Shown here: positions 1-12,449 of the stretch, piece by piece | How positions within the stretch are numbered: the first letter of the stretch is position 1 | Layout of the letters: each line of letters starts with the position of its first letter | Assembly: GCA_003971905.1 (NCBI GenBank) | Contig: RSEE01000088.1 | Coordinates: 62,001-126,000, forward strand | Origin: Moniliella sp. 'wahieum' | Taxonomy: Eukaryota | DNA length: 64,000 nucleotides | Direction of reading: 5' to 3' | The notes under the pieces: generated by a model | Seen by the model: the letters and a program-made list of their open reading frames with translations, nothing else | Database searches by the model: none | What the model was told of the DNA's origin: nothing | Program-made: the position numbers and the translations under genes

Positions 1-1
1 G

Positions 2-90
2 GGGTGGAATGGGGGTGGGAATGGGGGTGGGAATGGGAATGGCGATGGGGATGGCAATGGCGATGGCGATCCCAATGGCAATGGCAATCC
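2..90. repeat. Degenerate hexamer tandem repeat (TGGGAA/TGGGGG/TGGCGA/TGGCAA)
   Basis: Directly visible 6-bp period at window start. Confidence 0.7.
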
Positions 91-463
91 CACGCAAGGG
101 GCTGCCGGCGGTGTTGGCGGCTGGGCTGGTTGGTGTTCCCCCCAGGAAGGAAGGATGGCTGCTGGAGCGTCGGTGAGCCCCAACGCTCCTCGGCCAGGCG
201 CCACGCCCCACCGCCTGGTCTGTGCTCTGCCGGCACCAGCCCAGTGTGCGCTGCTCAGCCCCGGCCCGCCCGGCCGGCCCCCGACCTGCCCCGACGCGCG
301 CCCACACTGCCGCCCAGCCGCCTGCCCGGTTCGCCGTCCCCCCCCCGCAACCCTACGCCCCCAGCTGAGGTAAGCAGTTCGCCCTACGTAAGCACCCCCC
401 CCTCCCCATGTCCGTCGGACGCCCAAGAAGCACCCCCCCACCGCCCCCACCCCCCACCGCCCA

Positions 464-3072
464 ATGAGCGCCGAGCCCCCCCCGACTCGCCCTTCGGCGC
501 GCCGTCTCTGCGCGCGGCGCCGCGCTGCTCGCCAAGTACGGCGGCGCACACGGCCCCACCGGCCACGCACAGCTCGCCGACGACACACCCGCCGGGCGCC
601 CCACCTCCCTCGCCGCCTTCATCGGCGGCAAGGCGCCCGGCCCCGCCTCGGCCACCTCTCCCCCGGCGGCGACGGCCAGTCGCTCCCGCCGAGTTCGCCT
701 CCGACTATGCCGGCGCCTTCGACTCCAAAGGCCGCCGCACCTCCCCCACCGCCCTCCCCGGCCTCACCTCCGGCCCGCCTCCGCCCAGCCTCGCCGCCTT
801 CATGGCCGGCAACCTCCCGGCCGCCGCTGCGCCTGCCGCCGAGGGGACCGGCAACGCCCCCCCGCCCGCACCCAGTCCATGCCGCTCCCCGCCAGCTCTC
901 CTCCGGCCCCTGTCGCCCCCGTCGTGCGCGTCGCCTCCCCCACTGACGCCGACGGCGGCAACGGCGATGAGGCCAGCGCGCCTGCCATGACCGTTGCCGA
1001 GCGCCGCAAGGCTGCTGAGCAGCGTGACCACGCCGCCAAAGCCCAGGCTGCCGCGGCCGAGGTGCACAAGCCCGCGCCCAGCCGCTCGACCAGCAACCTC
1101 TCCACCCCCGCCAAGCCCGCGGGCCGCTGGTCGCCCGCCGTGCTGGGCACCCCGCAACCGGGCCTGGCCAGTCCTCCAGTCTCGCCCTAAGCCCGCCAGC
1201 TCGTCTCCTTCCTTGGCGGCACAAGGCGTGCGCGCCAAGGTCGGATCGTGGCCTCCTCCTCCACCAGTGGACACGGAAGAGGAGCAGAAACCCACCAAGG
1301 AGACAGACACGCACTCAGACACTGTCGTCCCGGTTCCGGCTCCGGTTCCGGTTGCAGCTGAGCCCCCTGCCAGCAAACCGGTTGTGGCCAAAAAACCCTC
1401 GCTGCCGACCCCCGCCTCCCAAGCCCACCCCTGCGGCGGTGGCAGGAACAGCAGGTGCACCGACACGTACCACGCAGGGCAAGCGCATTGTGGTCCTCAT
1501 TTCGGGTAGTGGTACGTATTCCCCCCCGCCCCTGCGCCTTGAACGCCGCTGGGATCGGGATCAACTGACCGTACCTGATTTTTCCCCCTCGATGCAGGAA
1601 GCAATCTCCAAGCCTTGATGGACGCCACCACGCGTCGGGCGCGTTGGCAGGAGCAACGATTTCCCTCGTGCTGTCCAACCGCAAGGCGCGTACGGCTTGG
1701 AGCGCGCCCGCACTGCCACCCCGCCCATTCCCACCACCGTCTTGGCACTCAAGACGTGGCAAAACAAAACGGGGGGAAGCCGGGAAGAGTACGAAGTGCT
1801 AGCCCGGCACCTTTTGACCCAGTTCCGTTTGCTCAATCCCGACTTGGCTCCCGATGCGGTGCCCGACTTGATTGTCCTGGCGGGCTTTATGCACATTGTG
1901 TCCGAGCGCTTTTTGTCCGTCTTGGGTCACCGGTCGCCCGGTGGCGCAGCGTCGTATGCTCCTCCCCCGAGGGCGCCTGCACCAAGCCGATCGAAATTAT
2001 CAACCTTCATCCAGCCAAGCCCGGCGCGTTTGATGGGGCACATGCGATTGAGCGTGCGTACGCTGCGTGGGAAGCGGGCGAGATTAGTGAGACGGGAGTG
2101 ATGGTGCACCACGTCATTGCTGCTGTGGACCGGGGCATGCCCATCCTCGTCCGTCCCATCCCCATCCGTGAGGGGGACAGTCTGGCCGATCTCGAAGCGC
2201 GGATGCACGAGACGGAACACTCGATCCTCGTTGAGGCCGCCGCCTTGGTTCTGGGTCTGGCCAACGAGGGAACGGGAACCAAGAGCACCGCCTCCAGTGG
2301 CACCAGTGGAGCATCTACGCTTCCCCCCCCCCCAGCCGCGCTTGCCTGCCCGTCTCCCCCCAAACCCACCCCAAGCCGGCAACCAGCAAGGACCCAGCCC
2401 CCGACCCGTCGTCAGTGCCAAGCCCGTGCCTCCTCCCGTGGCTGCGCCCAAGCCTGCGCCTAAGCCAACCACCAAGTGGTTCCTGCCCCCGCTGCCGCAC
2501 CTACCGCTGCAACTTCTCTCCCTGCCGCCCGCACGGGGGAGTCGATACGCGAAGCGGCAGCCAAGGCACTGGTCACCCTTGCGTTTGACCCTGCCGCCGA
2601 GACGTACGAGGTGGCAGGTTGGAGCACGCGCTTGCCCTATGCCGGCGAAGGCGTATGGAAATGGTACGCGCTCCCGCAGGGGCAGGTAGAGGCCCAGCCC
2701 TTGTCCCAGGGCAGCGTTGCGGTCCGCGCCGTGGCGCAAGGCCAAGCGGAGGGGAAGTGGGCGTGCTCGTATCGGACAAGGAAGCTGTTGTTGTAGTGCC
2801 TCCTAGTGCGCGTGGGGAGCGACGCGCGATCCGGCACGCACTTGCCGCCGCCCATAAAAACATCGGTACGGAGGTGCATGTCCTCCTTGGCCCGTCGCGC
2901 GTGCCCGAACAAATGGGGCAGCAGTGGGGGAAGCACCAACGACCACCGTCCCCACTTCAATGTCCTCACGCTCGCCCGCGCCCAGGAACAGCTGGACACA
3001 GTCGTGTGGGATGCACGCCTCCTCGCTAATCCCGATTGGCTCCCGCTTGGCGTGGCGCCGGGCGACGTGTGA
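464..3072 (+). CDS. ADE8: Phosphoribosylglycinamide (GAR) formyltransferase domain (~1480-2250) embedded in a long Pro-rich protein with an extra C-terminal domain; several frameshifts; gene ends approximate
   Basis: KRIVVLISGSG|SNLQALMDA spans an intron (~1513-1597, GTACGT...CAG). Further motifs are DLIVLAGFMHI, IINLHP, TGVMVHHVIAAVDRG and RMHETEH. These PurN/Ade8 motifs are split over ORFs 1352-1618, 1697-2101 and 1615-2463. Confidence 0.8.
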
Positions 3073-4486
3073 CAAGGTGGTTCCCCCGCAGCCCTGCTCC
3101 TCGGCGCAGCTGAGCTGAGCCTCCGCCCTGAGCCCGAGCGGAGAAGTTCGCTCAGCCTAAACCCAACGTGGAACCCTGGGACCCTGGAACCCTGGCGCTG
3201 AGGCTCAGGTTTGAGAACCTGATCTTGCCCCCCCTGCCCCTGATCCTGAATCCGATCCAACAATATCATCAATGCTACGGTCACCTCCACTGTCGGAGCT
3301 GCTAGCTATAGTCACTAGTCACTAGTCACCGTCGTTGCCTCAACTTGAGCTCTCGCGCTGGATCTGAGATCGGATTGTCATTTGTAAGTTGCTAGCTAGC
3401 TCTTGTCGGTTCCTGCCTGGCCATGCCCACCTTACCCACGGACACGAGGGGGGGAAATCCGCCGCCCACGGCCGTCACCTGAAGAGCGACAGTGGGTCGC
3501 TGTACCGGGCTTGGCACGCTGCGGGACGCAGTGGTTGTCCCGCCTTTCCTCGCCATGCTCCTGTGGCGGACGGGCGAGGACAGTACTCGTGGCAGGCAGA
3601 CAGTGAGAACGAGGACGAGGACGAGGGAGGCGGTCAGCAGCTATGTACATGCCCCAATCAAGCCAGCTTGGATTCGGGACGAGGCGGAGGAAAGCTCAGC
3701 TGGGACGTATAGAATGTGCAGCAGGGCGGGGGCACAGCAGGGCGAATGTCTGCTGGCCGTCATGAGTAAAGGAGACGCGTTGATGGACAAGAGGGTGGTC
3801 ATCAGCCCTCAGCTGCTGAGGCCTGAGCCTCAGGTTAGGTCTGGTACTGGCATCTACTCCCATTTTTGGGCCACTTCTTCCCCCGAGTGCGCCCACACAC
3901 GCCGCACTCGCACCGTCCCTCATCCCCTTGGGCCGAGCGCGCCAGACGTCCTCCGCCACACCCCGCGCGCCGGGGCCCACGTGCACCCCGCCCACAGCCG
4001 TCGCGGTAGCCACAGTAGCCAACGCGCACAGTACCGCCTCCACGCCCCCTCGTCAACCCATGGTAATTGTGCATCGCGCGCGGCCACCACAGCAGTCGCC
4101 TCGTCAGGTAGCTCCGTAGCGCGGGCCAGAAACAGTGTTCGAGGTGCTTGAGTCGCGCCTCGGAACGAGGTAGGACGGGCACAGGCATATCCCCCCAAGG
4201 ACCTACGTGGGCCATCTGTTCCCCTGGGCTCATCCACCAGCCTGCCCCCAGCCACAACCCACAACCCCCAAACCAACGAGGTCAGTACGGTGTCTTATTG
4301 CTGTCCATTCGCATCGGAAGAACGCACCCATCGTGACCAGTCGTCGGCAATAAAGCTGCAACGCAGTTTGCTCCACTTCGGCTTCTTCTTCCTCTGTCCA
4401 CTCAGCTTCAAGCGGCAGTAACGAGGCGTCGGTTTCCCCACCTGCCTCTTCGCACCGAGACCAGGTGCAGGTGGGATCACGTGAGG

Positions 4487-6152
4487 TCATCCAGCCATGA
4501 TCGTATCCGTACTCTCCCTCTCCCTCCTCCTTCTCCCTCCTCTCCTCTCCTCTCCCTTCCTCTCCCTCCTCCTCTTCCTCCTCCTCCTCTTCCTCGTATT
4601 CCTCCTCTCCCTCGGGACCCTCCTCGCCCATAAATGTAAGCCTTCACCGCCGCCGTTCAGCTCCCAATCCAGACGAAGGGCCAACGCCGCATCGGCGTCC
4701 ATCTGGGCCTGAACAACACTCGCTTCCCTTGTGCTCACAGAGTCCCAGTCGTGTTGCATGTGCGTCGCAGCCGACGGCAATGGATCCAAAGCCACCGCAG
4801 GACACGGCACGCGCATTCGTTCCGCCGCACAGGGCACCACCATCTCTGGCGGCAAAGGTTCGGCACGACGCTTGCCCTTGCTCACGTTGCATGCGACGGG
4901 GGAAGAGGTAAGCCAGGGAAGCCAGACCGAACCGACGCTGTCCCTCGGAGATGCAAGCTTGGTGTCGTTCAGCCTGGGCTTGAGCTAGCGCAGCTTGAGC
5001 GCTCGCCTCCTCGGCTTGACGACGAGCCTGCTCAGCCTCGGCGGCTTGCTTCCGCAAAAGAAGGTGCACATGCTCTTGCCGCTGCTTGGCACGCTCCTCC
5101 CGCAGAGACAGCAGAGGCGTATGGAACGCCATCCACAAGTAGTCCGTCAAGGCCAGCCAAACCGACTGAGGCGAGCCGTGAGCACGCTGCACGTACGCCT
5201 CCACAGCCCGGTGGCGATGGGCGATGCGGTAGGCTTCGCCGACCCAGGTAGGCGGGGCAGCTTGCACGGCCGCTTGCACCGCGGAGGATACCAAGTGCTG
5301 CCGACACGAGAGACACAACGGCATTGGGTCGTTGTGGAGGTGAGTCGACGAGGGAAGCAAGCCCGATCCAGTACTGTCGAAGCACCCGCGACAGCATCCT
5401 TCGTGGGACGTACATAGTGCAGCAGGTCCCAAGAGCGAAGGACCAACCTGTACCGATGCCGCGGAAGAGGGATCAACCTGTGACGCCGGCAGCTTTCCTG
5501 CGCGCGTGGCCACCCAGCCCGAGGCACGTGTGACGGAGGTGATAGCAGGCCTGGGCCCACGCGTGCTGCGGTGCAGGTACGTCCGTGACCACGTCCGGAG
5601 GGGTAGGGTGCACCATGCCAAAGTGGGCGATGACCATGGCCCAAGAGGGGTGCGTGCGAACTGGTGTGGCCCATTGCGAGCCGAGAGAGGCCATGGCGTG
5701 CATAGCATGGGCCCATCGTACGTGGGCCAGCCCCGAGACGGTTTGGTCAGGAGCAAGAGGCGGTGTGTCGTGGGACGTGGGACTTGGGCCAGAGGAACAG
5801 AGGGCGAGGAGGGAAGGCAGGTGGTCGAACGGCAGAGAGAGACGGACAATCCGCTCCACCACGGACGCTGGCAGGGCAGACCAGAGTGACTTGGGCGCTG
5901 GGATGCCGGCAGGGGGAGGCGGGGGGGGATGTGGTGCTTGCTTCGCTGGGCGAGCGGAGTGAGGCCCGGGATAGGGGTGGTGATGGTGATGGGGACGACG
6001 ACGACGACAAGGAGGGGGAGAGATGGAGCGCCTGATGGATGGGTGAGTTTGCGGCGCTTGGGGTGGGGCAGGGAGGGAGGCGGGTCGGGGGCAGAGGGGA
6101 ACATGGGCAGAGCAGCGGGAAGCACGAGCGCAGCGTCGGACGCACGCGACAT
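4487..6152 (-). CDS. Hypothetical protein with F-box-like N-terminal motif, Cys-rich segment, coiled coil and UIM-like C-terminus; frameshifted, ends uncertain
   Basis: ATG at 6152 (MSRASDAAL). LWSALPASVVERIVRLSLPFDHLPSLLALC is F-box-like, followed by CCRGC/CLSC and DADAALALRLDWELN in adjacent frames. Confidence 0.4.
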
Positions 6153-7168
6153 GGGATGGATGGATGGTGGGTTGGAGGCCGGAACGCGGCGCAGGAGCAG
6201 GCCCAGCGCACGACGCGTCCCACCCGCTCTTCCGACGACGGGGCGCGGCGTGTCCCACACGTCGCGTCCGGCCGTGCCCCGACGCGCCCACGCCCCCGCA
6301 CGGCGCCAGTGTTGTCACCCATCTGCATACGTAAGCTCGCCCCGCACGGACGTCCCCACAGCGCGTCGGGGTGTGATGTGCCCCATCACCCCTGCGTGTC
6401 ACGCGTGAGGTACGCGACCCCCCTTGCAGGCCCCCCGGGCGAGGGATATATGGCTGCGCTCCATGATGCATGCCTCGAGGAGGGACGCGGGAAACAAAAT
6501 CAAGCGGAAGAACAGTGCTTGTAACAACGAACCTCCGTTGGATCGATGAAGAGCCCACAACACACACACCGAGTATATTGATGAACTTGTCATACCGCTT
6601 TTGGTACCATCCCTATATATTCATTGCCGTCTTCCTTCCACCCAGTCTAATTCTTTGTACTTGAGAGGTTTCCTTTTTGGTGTCAACTAAGAGTGTTCCA
6701 GTCATAGCATAATCCACCGTAAGTCGACGTTCGCATTGGGTTATCTCTTCGTCAGTCCCGGCACTCAGTAGGGTTTTTCTCTCTCCCCCCCGGTACTGTC
6801 CTTCGATGCACTAAGGCAAAACCCCGTTCTCATTCAGCCCCTCGTCGCGCAACGGATGTCATAGTTCGGCTCATCTCGCTCCTATTTCCAATTTCTTCAT
6901 CTCGAGCGTCTCGCTCTGATCCTTCCCTGTGTTTCTTCCACTCCGCATGACAGGTCACACACACTTTCCCACCGGATGTGGGTATGAGACCCTTGATGTT
7001 CTACATCTTCCTTGCCCCATTTTGTGTCTCTTTCCCCTCATCACGTGATCTATCGTGTGTTAGCTTCTCCTTCCCCTCTGGTATATAAGGCACCTTTCCA
7101 AGTGTCACTCAAGAGAGTGAAAGCCAGCATGGCGGCTCCGTGGGCCCCAGCCTCGTTTGGGTCGGTCG

Positions 7169-7195
7169 TAACCCTAACCCTAACCCTAGCCCTAG
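7169..7195. repeat. Interstitial telomeric repeat (TAACCC)3 plus degenerate TAGCCCTAG
   Basis: taaccctaaccctaaccctagccctag; TTAGGG-type repeat. Confidence 0.85.
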
Positions 7196-7211
7196 AGGGG
7201 GACCGAGGGTA

Positions 7212-7542
7212 GATAGCTCGCTACCCGAAGGGGAGTGAGTTATGCCGAGGCGATAGCTCGCTACCCGAAGGGGAGTGAGTTATGCCGAGGCGATAGCTCG
7301 CTACCCGAAGGGGAGTGAGTTATGCCGAGGCGATAGCTCGCTACCCGAAGGGGAGTGAGTTATGCCGAGGCGATAGCTCGCTACCCGAAGGGAGTGAGTT
7401 ATGCCGAGGCGATAGCTCGCTACCCGAAGGGGAGTGAGTTATGCCGAGGCGATAGCTCGCTACCCGAAGGGGAGTGAGTTATGCCGAGGCGATAGCTCGC
7501 TACCCGAAGGGGAGTGAGTTATGCCGAGGCGATAGCTCGCTA
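7212..7542. repeat. 40-bp tandem repeat, 8 full copies plus partial (GATAGCTCGCTACCCGAAGGGGAGTGAGTTATGCCGAGGC)
   Basis: Units are identical except unit 5 (7372-7410), which lacks one G; no spacers. Confidence 0.97.
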
Positions 7543-8783
7543 TAAAATCGTCCGCTCTTTGCAGCATATGCCCTCCGTTTTTCGATTCGACGCCCCGTTG
7601 CCAAGTTACAACCCCACCTACCCTAGCCCTACCCACCATCACCCTCCACCATGCGTGACACACACACCACCACCCGTGACCCCCCCACACACCACCACCC
7701 GTGACACACCAAGACCAGGCGTCGCATCACAGTGAGAGTGTATGGTGGATAGCTACAGCCTTGGGCTACTCAAACTAACTCACTCCCGTGTCTTCCGTCA
7801 AAGTTGTCTCAACCCTGAATGGGTGGGTGGGCATGCCCTTGTAAGTAGTGAGCCGGGCGCACCCCAAGACCTCGTGGGCGGGACGGGATAAAGCGTTGTG
7901 TCGGTCGTCCTTGCTTGAGGCATGTTTGTGTGATGTCGGCTCTGGGTCGCGACGTGAGGGGCCGCACTCACGGGTTCCCTGCGGTTTTCTTCGTACGTTC
8001 ATCCCCCCAAACAGCCGTCGGCATGGAATGCATGAGAACCACACCCTACCCGACTGTTGTTCCTCTGGTCTACGCCCAAGAGCGAGGGGAACGAGGCGGT
8101 GGTGCGTAGTCTCATGCCCGCCAACTGGCTCTCACTCGCCTCCATCACCCCCGGGATACGAGGCCTAAAGGGGGCAATGTCATAGTTTCGCTGATCTCGC
8201 TCCCATTTCCCATTTTTTGCGTCTCGAGCGTCTCGCTCCTTCCCAGTTTCTTCCACTTCGCGCCATGTAATACTCTGCTCTTACTTCTTCCCACGAACGA
8301 TTGCTACACCCCTTGGCCTAGTCCCGATTATAGCCTCCCTCGCCTTAGCCCTGACTGTGACAACGGCGGGCTAGCAGTAGAGGGCCGGAGGGGGCAATAA
8401 GAAGGGTGTTGTGGAATATCTTGCGGGGAGATGAGATCAAAGAGAGTAGGAACTGTGATTCTCTCGCTGTTTCCCCTGAGCCTGTCCAGTTGTTTCTGAT
8501 GTCGAGGGCGGGATAGAAGGGACCCATACTACACGTTTGGGCTCTGCCGCGTGCCCTGAGATGGACAGGCCCATTGCCATATAATTTGTGGGCGCTGTGG
8601 TCCCTCGCTCTTATAATTCTCCACTTTCTTTGTCTCGAGCGTTCTCATTTCTTCGCTGGTGTTTTTCTGCTTCGCTCCTTACCAATGTCCTCTTTTGCTC
8701 TTACTTCTTCCCATCAAAAATTGCTACGTTGCTCCCGACCTTGTCTGGTCTCCGCTGTCTCTCTCGCCTTATATCGCGTCCAT

Positions 8784-8847
8784 TCATTGACAGAGCTTAA
8801 GGCTGGGACCGGGAAACGCTACGTCTAAACCGAACCGTTCATCTTGC
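8784..8847 (+). repeat. Dispersed repeat copy 1 (inverted relative to 59731-59802)
   Basis: tcattgacagagcttaaggctgggaccgggaaacgcta-cgtctaaaccgaaccgttcatcttgc; 61/64 matches to the reverse complement of copy 2. Confidence 0.9.
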
Positions 8848-10070
8848 TATAGCTCTTTTAGCTCTTCACGCTTAGCGCTTAGCCCCGACACACGCTCACT
8901 GATTATATGGAGCCGGGTTGTTTTTCTCGACCCAATATTAAAGTAGCCAGAGTGGAACTGCACGTATAGTAGCCACTGCAGTAATCAATAAAACAGCGGT
9001 AACCGTCGGTGATCGGTTATGGATCTTATCTCGCAACACCGCCGCCACACTGTCACACGACATCCCATGGCGTGTCCATTAGACACACTATTACGATTTC
9101 GAGGCCTGCGGTCGAAAGGAGCGGTACGAAGCGAGGTGCGCTAAGCGTAGTCAAACAGGGCAACAGAGGATCGATGATCGACGATCACGCTCTCCGTACG
9201 GTCTTCTACCGTCGGCGGCGCGGCGCAGGGCGGCGCCGAATCACCTTAATCGAGTCTACTGCCCTAAGGCCGCCTAAGGCCTAAGGCCTAATCACGTAAA
9301 CACCGAGTCTGTCCAAGACCATAGATCATCGATCATCGATCACTAGTCACTGGTTACCGGTTACTTACTAGCTAGTTACTGGTCACGGTCACCGCCACTG
9401 GTCACTCTGTTACATGTCATCGATTATCGATTCTCGATTCTTGATTCCCTGTTAACCGGTTACCGACGGTTACGCGTTACGGTTACCCCGGCCGGTTACC
9501 GGCCTTACCATAGAACTCTGTTCCATCAATCGCAAGATACCTTATCCATCATCGATTACCGACATGAATCGAAAGCACCGGGAAGGAAACGAAAGTTGAC
9601 ATCGCCGCGGCGACGAGGAGAGATGGATGAGGTTTTGAGATCTGAGATGAGAGGATCTGAGATCTGATACCTCAAGAATCTCTGAGCATCCGCGCTTCGA
9701 GTCTACTATATGTCTGTTTGATGCGGGTGCACCACCACCGGCCACCAGAGCCCGTCAGCGTGTCAGCCGATCATTAAAGATCGTTCATCTGCACCATGCA
9801 CGTAGTCCATAGGGTTAATCGAATCGATAGTCGATAATCGATAATCATATAATAAGCCAACAGCGGTGAACTGATGAATCATCTCGAGTTCAGCATGTTT
9901 GAGCCAGGCGGTTATTCGGTTCCGCCTCTGTTACGCCCCCCCCCCCCCCCCCCGCCCCCGGCCCCCTGTTGTTGTGCGCCGCCCCCGGGGGAGCGACCTT
10001 CCCCTGCCATGAGCTTCAAGCTTCAATTTACAACGTGGAAGAGGCCCTCTGCCCATACAACCCATGCAGC

Positions 10071-10132
10071 CCATATGTAGCTCATGTAGTCCATGTAGTC
10101 CATGTGGTCCATGTGGTCCATGTGGTCCATGC
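10071..10132. repeat. 9-bp tandem repeat (CCATGTRGT)
   Basis: ccatgtagt/ccatgtggt units directly visible. Confidence 0.8.
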
Positions 10133-12449
10133 AGCCAATGAACCGCAAAAGAATATCTGGTACAAACGTAATGAACAACCCCTGCTCTCCTTCCATGCAC
10201 CATGCACCACACCCTCTTTCTGGGGGCAACGGAGTGGCGCGGCAACAGGGTCGATCAGTGTCACATGCCCTTCAGTTGTGGCGCACAGTGGCCTAGGGCC
10301 GAGAGAAGACGAGTCGCTTGGGCAGTCACATGCATCCCACACCACCGTCAGTATATAGTCCCCCCGTACGCGCTATACGTGCGTGCGACGTGTGATGTGG
10401 ATGTCTGAATAACTGGATCTGTACGGCGTGAGGCGTGACAAGTGACATGCTGACATGCACCGTCGAGGTCACCGGTCACCGGTCATCAGTCACCGGGGTC
10501 ACCGCTTTCACCAGCAATCGCCCGAGGCCTTGAAGCCGGTGCGTGGCAGCACGCGGTCGGCGCGCGGTCGGGCAGGTCGGGCCCGGTCCCCCCGCGTGGT
10601 ACGGCAAAAGCAGGGGTGGTGGTCTGGGATGGTCGTTGGGTGATGGTGTCCGGTGTGGGACGGCCACAAGCGACGTGTGACATGTGACGCATGGATGATG
10701 CAGTTGTCCCGCGGCCTCCTGAAACAGCACGAATGAAGGAGTGCCACCGGCCACGCACACTCAAACTCCGCTTCGGGTACATAATGCAGGCATACATACT
10801 GTCGGAATCAGTACTCAGTAGGTAGTCGAGAGCCTTCGAAAGCCGTTCAGTTGGATGGCGCGTGACGTTGCCGATTGTCCAGTCTTTAGCGCTTAGCGTA
10901 AGCGCCTAGCGCCTAGCGCCTACTCCATTTCAGAATCTCAGATCTCAACTGCCGAGATACGCCCGAGGGGCCAGTGGTAGTGGTGCACGTTGCACCGTCC
11001 TCAGTACATATATACAGGTGTAGTCTATAGCGATATGTGCTTCCTCAGGCCCTCAGGCCTCAACGCCTCCCCCCGCAGTGACATTCTCTTTTCAGTCAAA
11101 CAGCTGGATGCGCACCTGGGTGCGGAGGACGTGGAGCTTGTGGAGGAGGACGTATCACAAGTGCGAGCATGTGTGAGATGTGGCGCACTGGGATTGAGAT
11201 ATTGAGGTCCGCGACCATTGAGACCTATATATGGTTGTGTGGCCAATATGTAGCTCCCCTTCGGCGTACTTACGAGCTTGACGCGGACGCCTGTTGCGCC
11301 AAGAACTTCAGTACAGTAGACGCGCGACAGCGCACCTTGCATCATGCATCATGCAGCAGGCTTCCGATGCTGCTGCGGAAGGATGTGCACGAGGTGGTTT
11401 AAATCTAAACGCCACACATACGAGAGGGTTTCACCTTTCACGTCTCTGGGCCTTCGGGAAGTTTTCATGATCGATAATACTTCTCGGCACTAGCTGTACT
11501 TCTGGAATACTGCTCATTAGTACTAGACACTCCGTACTCAGTCAGCTTGAGCGCTCAGCGAGCTTTTTGACTTCAAACATCGAACAACCTTCAAGCTTCA
11601 AGCTCCTCATCAGCCTCCTGCTTCAAAAACTAGGCCGCAAAAGCTGCAACATATGCATCATGGCCCTCAGGCCGCATCAAGTTCCTGCGGCCTGAGGACA
11701 GTCGGTCACCGGTCAGATATCATCTCAGATTGGGACCTAAGGCCCTTGCCTCAGCGTCAGTCCTCAGGCAGCAGGCCTGTAGCTTGAAGCTTGAAGCCCG
11801 ACGCTTGATCGCTTGAGCTTGAAGCTTGATACCTTGGCCGATCAGACGGACAGGACATGGGGCAGGGGGCGCACACGATCGATGATGGAGACAATCGACA
11901 GACTGTAAGCTGTACTGTAGTATACATATATTAGAGCACAAGTCCCCTCCTTCAGGTACGTATAAACTCCCCGGTGGATTCACAACATGCATTCTAACAC
12001 GTAACGCGTAACGGTTGCAGAACCGATTATGATCGATGAGGAGCTGAGGATGAGGCGCGCATTGGGTGCGTCTAGAAGCTAGACCACCTGGACCCTCCCC
12101 CTTCTGTTTGGTGATCGATGATCGATGATCAATGGACGTAGGTACCTGGGCCTGATGCATGATGTATGATACGCTCACGTATCCATCTGCCGAGGTCCTG
12201 CGTTGTTCCACCCAGCCTACCCATATATACGCGTGAATGGGAAAGTCGCTCGCCTTTTCCTGCCGGCCCGGCCGCATGACCAACCCCCCTTAAAACCCAC
12301 ATTGACTGCTCCCGGAGTCGGCTTGTTTTAACGCTTCGTCTCCCCCCCACCGCCTTCGCAGACCTTGCCTCTGTCCCCACGAATTTGTCGCATCTGCTGT
12401 GCTGGGCCCACACTCCTTCCTCTTCTGGCCCTTTCCCACAGCCAACACT

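Larger units (their letters stand above)
6857..8890. mobile_element. Nest of degenerate LTR-like/dispersed repeat relics (no coding capacity)
   Basis: 6857-6946 and 8178-8262 both begin TGTCATAGTT and share TCTCGCTCC..TTTCC..TCTCGAGCGTCTCGCTC..GTTTCTTCCACT. GCTCTTACTTCTTCCCA...ATTGCTAC recurs at ~8277 and ~8697. 8178-8362 reads TGTCATAG...CTGTGACA. Confidence 0.45.

Noticed and set aside
7169..7195. Telomerase RNA template
   Set aside because: More than three repeats rather than ~1.5, embedded in repeat relics, and no other supporting structure recognised.
7212..7542. CRISPR array
   Set aside because: Units are contiguous with no unique spacers, there are no cas genes, and the context is eukaryotic.
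7212..7542. Hammerhead ribozyme array
   Set aside because: No CTGANGA/GAAA core on either strand of the unit.
9969..10358. ORF with (VVH)n peptide
   Set aside because: Translation of a 9-bp tandem repeat with a non-ATG start; no coding support.
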